This document shows, in pieces, positions 13,962-16,414 of a stretch of DNA of 16,414 nt. A program made the translations under genes and the position numbers. Under the pieces are notes generated by a model that was not told the origin of the DNA, did not search any database, and saw nothing but the letters and a program-made list of their open reading frames with translations. The stretch covers positions 1 to 16,414 of the forward strand of contig JBDHAB010000055.1 in assembly GCA_039588295.1 (NCBI GenBank). Reading direction: 5' to 3'. The DNA comes from Gemmatimonadota bacterium (lineage in GTDB: Bacteria > Gemmatimonadota > Gemmatimonadetes > Gemmatimonadales > GWC2-71-9). How positions within the stretch are numbered: position 1 is the stretch's first letter; every line of letters starts with the position of its first letter.

Positions 13962-16289
13962 ATGCTGCCGTTCCTGCTGTTGGCGCACGTCCTACAAGCG
14001 GCACCGGGAACTTCGTCCCCCCCCGCCGTCCCGGTTCCGCGCATCGTTGGCACGGCGGTGGTCGTCGACGGACGGCTCGAGGAGCCCGTGTGGCGCGATG
14101 CCGCGGTGTTGACCGAGTTCTACCAGTACCTTCCGGTCGACGACCGGTTGGCCCAGGACTCGACGACCGTTCTCGTCTGGTATTCGCCCACCGCGATCTA
14201 CTTCGGCATCAGAGCGTACCAGGACTCGAGCAGCGTCCGGGCGACGCTTGCCGATCGGGACAAGATCTCCGGGGACGACTACTTCCAGATCTGCCTCGAC
14301 ACGTTCAACGACCAACGCCAGGCGCTCCTCTTCGCCGTGAATCCGCTCGGTATCCAGGCTGACGGAACGCTGCAGGACGCGGCGCGGCGCAGCCTGAGCT
14401 TCATCTCCTCCGTGCCAACCGGCGCCTATGCAGTCGACCTGAGTCCGGACTTCGTGTTCGAGTCGAAAGGTCGCGTAACGGGCTTCGGATATGAGGTCGA
14501 GTTGCGGGTACCGTTCAAGACGCTGCGCTATCAGTCGCGCGACGTGCAGGATTGGGGGATCAACATCATTCGCCGAGTTCAGGCGTCGGGTCATGAGCAC
14601 ACCTGGACCCGCGTGCTCCAAGCGAACGCGTCGTTTCTGGCGCAAGGCGGGATGCTCACGGGTCTCACGGGACTGCGACGCGGCCTCGTGCTCGACGTCA
14701 ACCCGGAGATGACGTCCACGGTTACCGGTGGGCCGGGGTCGCGCGATTGGGACTACAGCGGCGGGCGACCGGAGCTCGGTGTGAATCTCCGGTGGGGGAT
14801 CAGCAACAATCTGACCGTGAACGGCACCGCCAACCCCGACTTCTCACAGGTCGAGGCCGACGTGGCGCAGCTGCAGTACGATCCACGAGAAGCACTCTTC
14901 TTCCCCGAGAAGCGCCCGTTCTTTCTCGATGGTCTCGAGCTGTTTCAGACCCCAGTGTCGCTGATCCATACGCGCCGGCTGGTGGACCCGGTGTCGGCCG
15001 TCAAGTTGAGCGGTAAGCTGTCGGGCACGACCGTCGCCCTCCTGTCCGGCGTGGACCATCGCGATGCGTCTGCCACGGGGGACGACCATCCCATTTACAA
15101 TCTGCTGCGTGTACGCCGCGACATCGGGGGACAGAGCACGGTGGGACTCGCCTACACGGACAAGATCGACGGTGATGGGTTCAATCGCGTCGCGTCGGTG
15201 GACGGCCGATTGGTGTTTGCCGGACAGAACACGTTGACGTTTCAGGGTGGCAGCAGTGCCACGCGCGGCGATGGGGAGACGACGTGGGCGCCGTTCTGGC
15301 TGATGTCGTTCAACCGGTCGGGACAGCACTTTCGGTTGCGGGTGAATGCGCGAGGCTTTCACGGAGATTTTCGGGCGGCAAGTGGATTCGTGAGCCGGGT
15401 AGGCGTCGTCTACGCCGGAGTCTCGCCGAGCTACACGTTCTCCGGCGTCCCAGGTGCCGCGCTCGAAAGCTGGACGGCCAACATCCTCGTCGACGGCCGG
15501 TGGGACTACGATCGATTCTTCGCCGGCGACATTCCCAACGATCCGCGGCTGCATTTCAACACGGGGTTTACGTTTCGTGGTGGATGGCAGATGGGTGCGT
15601 CCTTCCTCATCGAGTCGTTCAAGTATCCGCCGGAGTTGTACACGGAGTATGCCACTGAGCGCACGGTGGGTACCGCAGTGGACACGGTGCCGTTCGTCGG
15701 GACGGATCGGCTCTACAACTTCGATTTCGGAGTCAACTTCGCCACGCCCCGGTTTCAGCGCTTTTCGGCCAACGCCTTTGTCATCGTCGGGCGGGACGAA
15801 AACTTCTTCGAATGGGCTCCGGCCAACATCGTGATCGGGACGGTGGATCTCACGTGGCGGCCGTCAGACAAGCTGCGGATCAACCTGCTCTACAATCACC
15901 AGCAGTACATCAGACCGGACGACTGGAGCAACGTGGGGCTGCGCCGGGTCCCGCGGCTCAAGATCGAATACCAGCTCACACGCGCCATCTTCGTGCGATT
16001 CGTTGGCCAATACGATGCGGAAGTGCGCGACGCACTGCGCGACAACTCGCGCACGGACGATCCGATCCTGATTCGAGATGCTGCGACCGGCGTGTTCACG
16101 CGAGCGATGCGTACTACGCGAAACGACGTTCGGGTCGACTGGCTGTTCTCGTTCCGACCCAATCCCGGGACCGTGCTCTTTCTGGGCTACGGGAGCACGT
16201 TGGCCGCTCCGGACGCGTTCCGCTTCGGTGGACTGGCGCGGGTTGCGGATGGCTTCTTCGCGAAGCTGAGCTACCTGTTTCGGATCTGA
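13962..16289 (+). CDS. CBM9-like + DUF5916-type outer-membrane beta-barrel protein (775 aa)
   Basis: Signal peptide, then VVVDGRLEEPVW, LDTFND, FAVNPLGIQ, ELRVPFKTLRY, WGINIIR, TANPDFSQVEAD and FPEKRPFFL. Alternating amphipathic strands end FFAKLSYLFRI. SD GAGGG upstream. Confidence 0.88.
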   Translation: MLPFLLLAHVLQAAPGTSSPPAVPVPRIVGTAVVVDGRLEEPVWRDAAVLTEFYQYLPVDDRLAQDSTTVLVWYSPTAIYFGIRAYQDSSSVRATLADRDKISGDDYFQICLDTFNDQRQALLFAVNPLGIQADGTLQDAARRSLSFISSVPTGAYAVDLSPDFVFESKGRVTGFGYEVELRVPFKTLRYQSRDVQDWGINIIRRVQASGHEHTWTRVLQANASFLAQGGMLTGLTGLRRGLVLDVNPEMTSTVTGGPGSRDWDYSGGRPELGVNLRWGISNNLTVNGTANPDFSQVEADVAQLQYDPREALFFPEKRPFFLDGLELFQTPVSLIHTRRLVDPVSAVKLSGKLSGTTVALLSGVDHRDASATGDDHPIYNLLRVRRDIGGQSTVGLAYTDKIDGDGFNRVASVDGRLVFAGQNTLTFQGGSSATRGDGETTWAPFWLMSFNRSGQHFRLRVNARGFHGDFRAASGFVSRVGVVYAGVSPSYTFSGVPGAALESWTANILVDGRWDYDRFFAGDIPNDPRLHFNTGFTFRGGWQMGASFLIESFKYPPELYTEYATERTVGTAVDTVPFVGTDRLYNFDFGVNFATPRFQRFSANAFVIVGRDENFFEWAPANIVIGTVDLTWRPSDKLRINLLYNHQQYIRPDDWSNVGLRRVPRLKIEYQLTRAIFVRFVGQYDAEVRDALRDNSRTDDPILIRDAATGVFTRAMRTTRNDVRVDWLFSFRPNPGTVLFLGYGSTLAAPDAFRFGGLARVADGFFAKLSYLFRI

Positions 16290-16329
16290 GGAACCAGGTT
16301 GCGACGATCCACAGTGGTCGAGGTGTGTT

Positions 16330-16414
16330 ATGCTCATCGTAACGGGGATCATTGCTCTGCTGGTCGGTCTGCTCGCACTCGGCCAGCTCATCTCGGTGGT
16401 CGACTTCGAGCTCG
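16330..16414 (+). CDS. Hypothetical membrane protein, 5' end only
   Basis: SD GAGGTG, then ATG 16330: MLIVTGIIALLVGLLALGQLISVVDFEL..., open to the window end. Confidence 0.65.
   Translation, partial: MLIVTGIIALLVGLLALGQLISVVDFEL

Noticed and set aside
13765..14004. 80-aa N-terminal extension of the - strand kinase
   Set aside because: It overlaps the start of the divergent 13962 gene, has low-complexity composition, and more likely is the shared promoter region.

Overview
GC-rich bacterial window, about 13 protein-coding genes. The gene mix (two Hanks-type Ser/Thr kinases, a DUF5916-like outer-membrane protein, a CocE/NonD hydrolase) is suggestive of Gemmatimonadota, but this is inference only. 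In order: 5' part of a CocE/NonD hydrolase (-); a probable sigma54-driven lipoprotein with 8 x 23-aa PAxY repeats and a C-terminal peptidoglycan-binding domain; a secreted trypsin-like protease with Sel1 repeats; a membrane-anchored coiled-coil protein; a 745-aa KamA-family radical SAM/PLP enzyme; a multi-TM Ser/Thr kinase; a Leu/Phe/Val dehydrogenase; two small convergent hypothetical proteins; a DASS carboxylate transporter (-); a receptor-type Ser/Thr kinase (-); a CBM9-like/DUF5916 beta-barrel protein; and the start of a membrane protein. I found no rRNA, tRNA, CRISPR array or transposase. Three observations stand out. (1) The long KamA homologue carries Lys/Asn, the glutamate 2,3-aminomutase pattern, where lysine aminomutase has Asp/Asp. 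(2) A diverged duplicated intergenic module (stop codon + terminator + CRP-type box) flanks the protease gene. (3) The lipoprotein has a symmetric, charge-complementary 4+4 repeat architecture.
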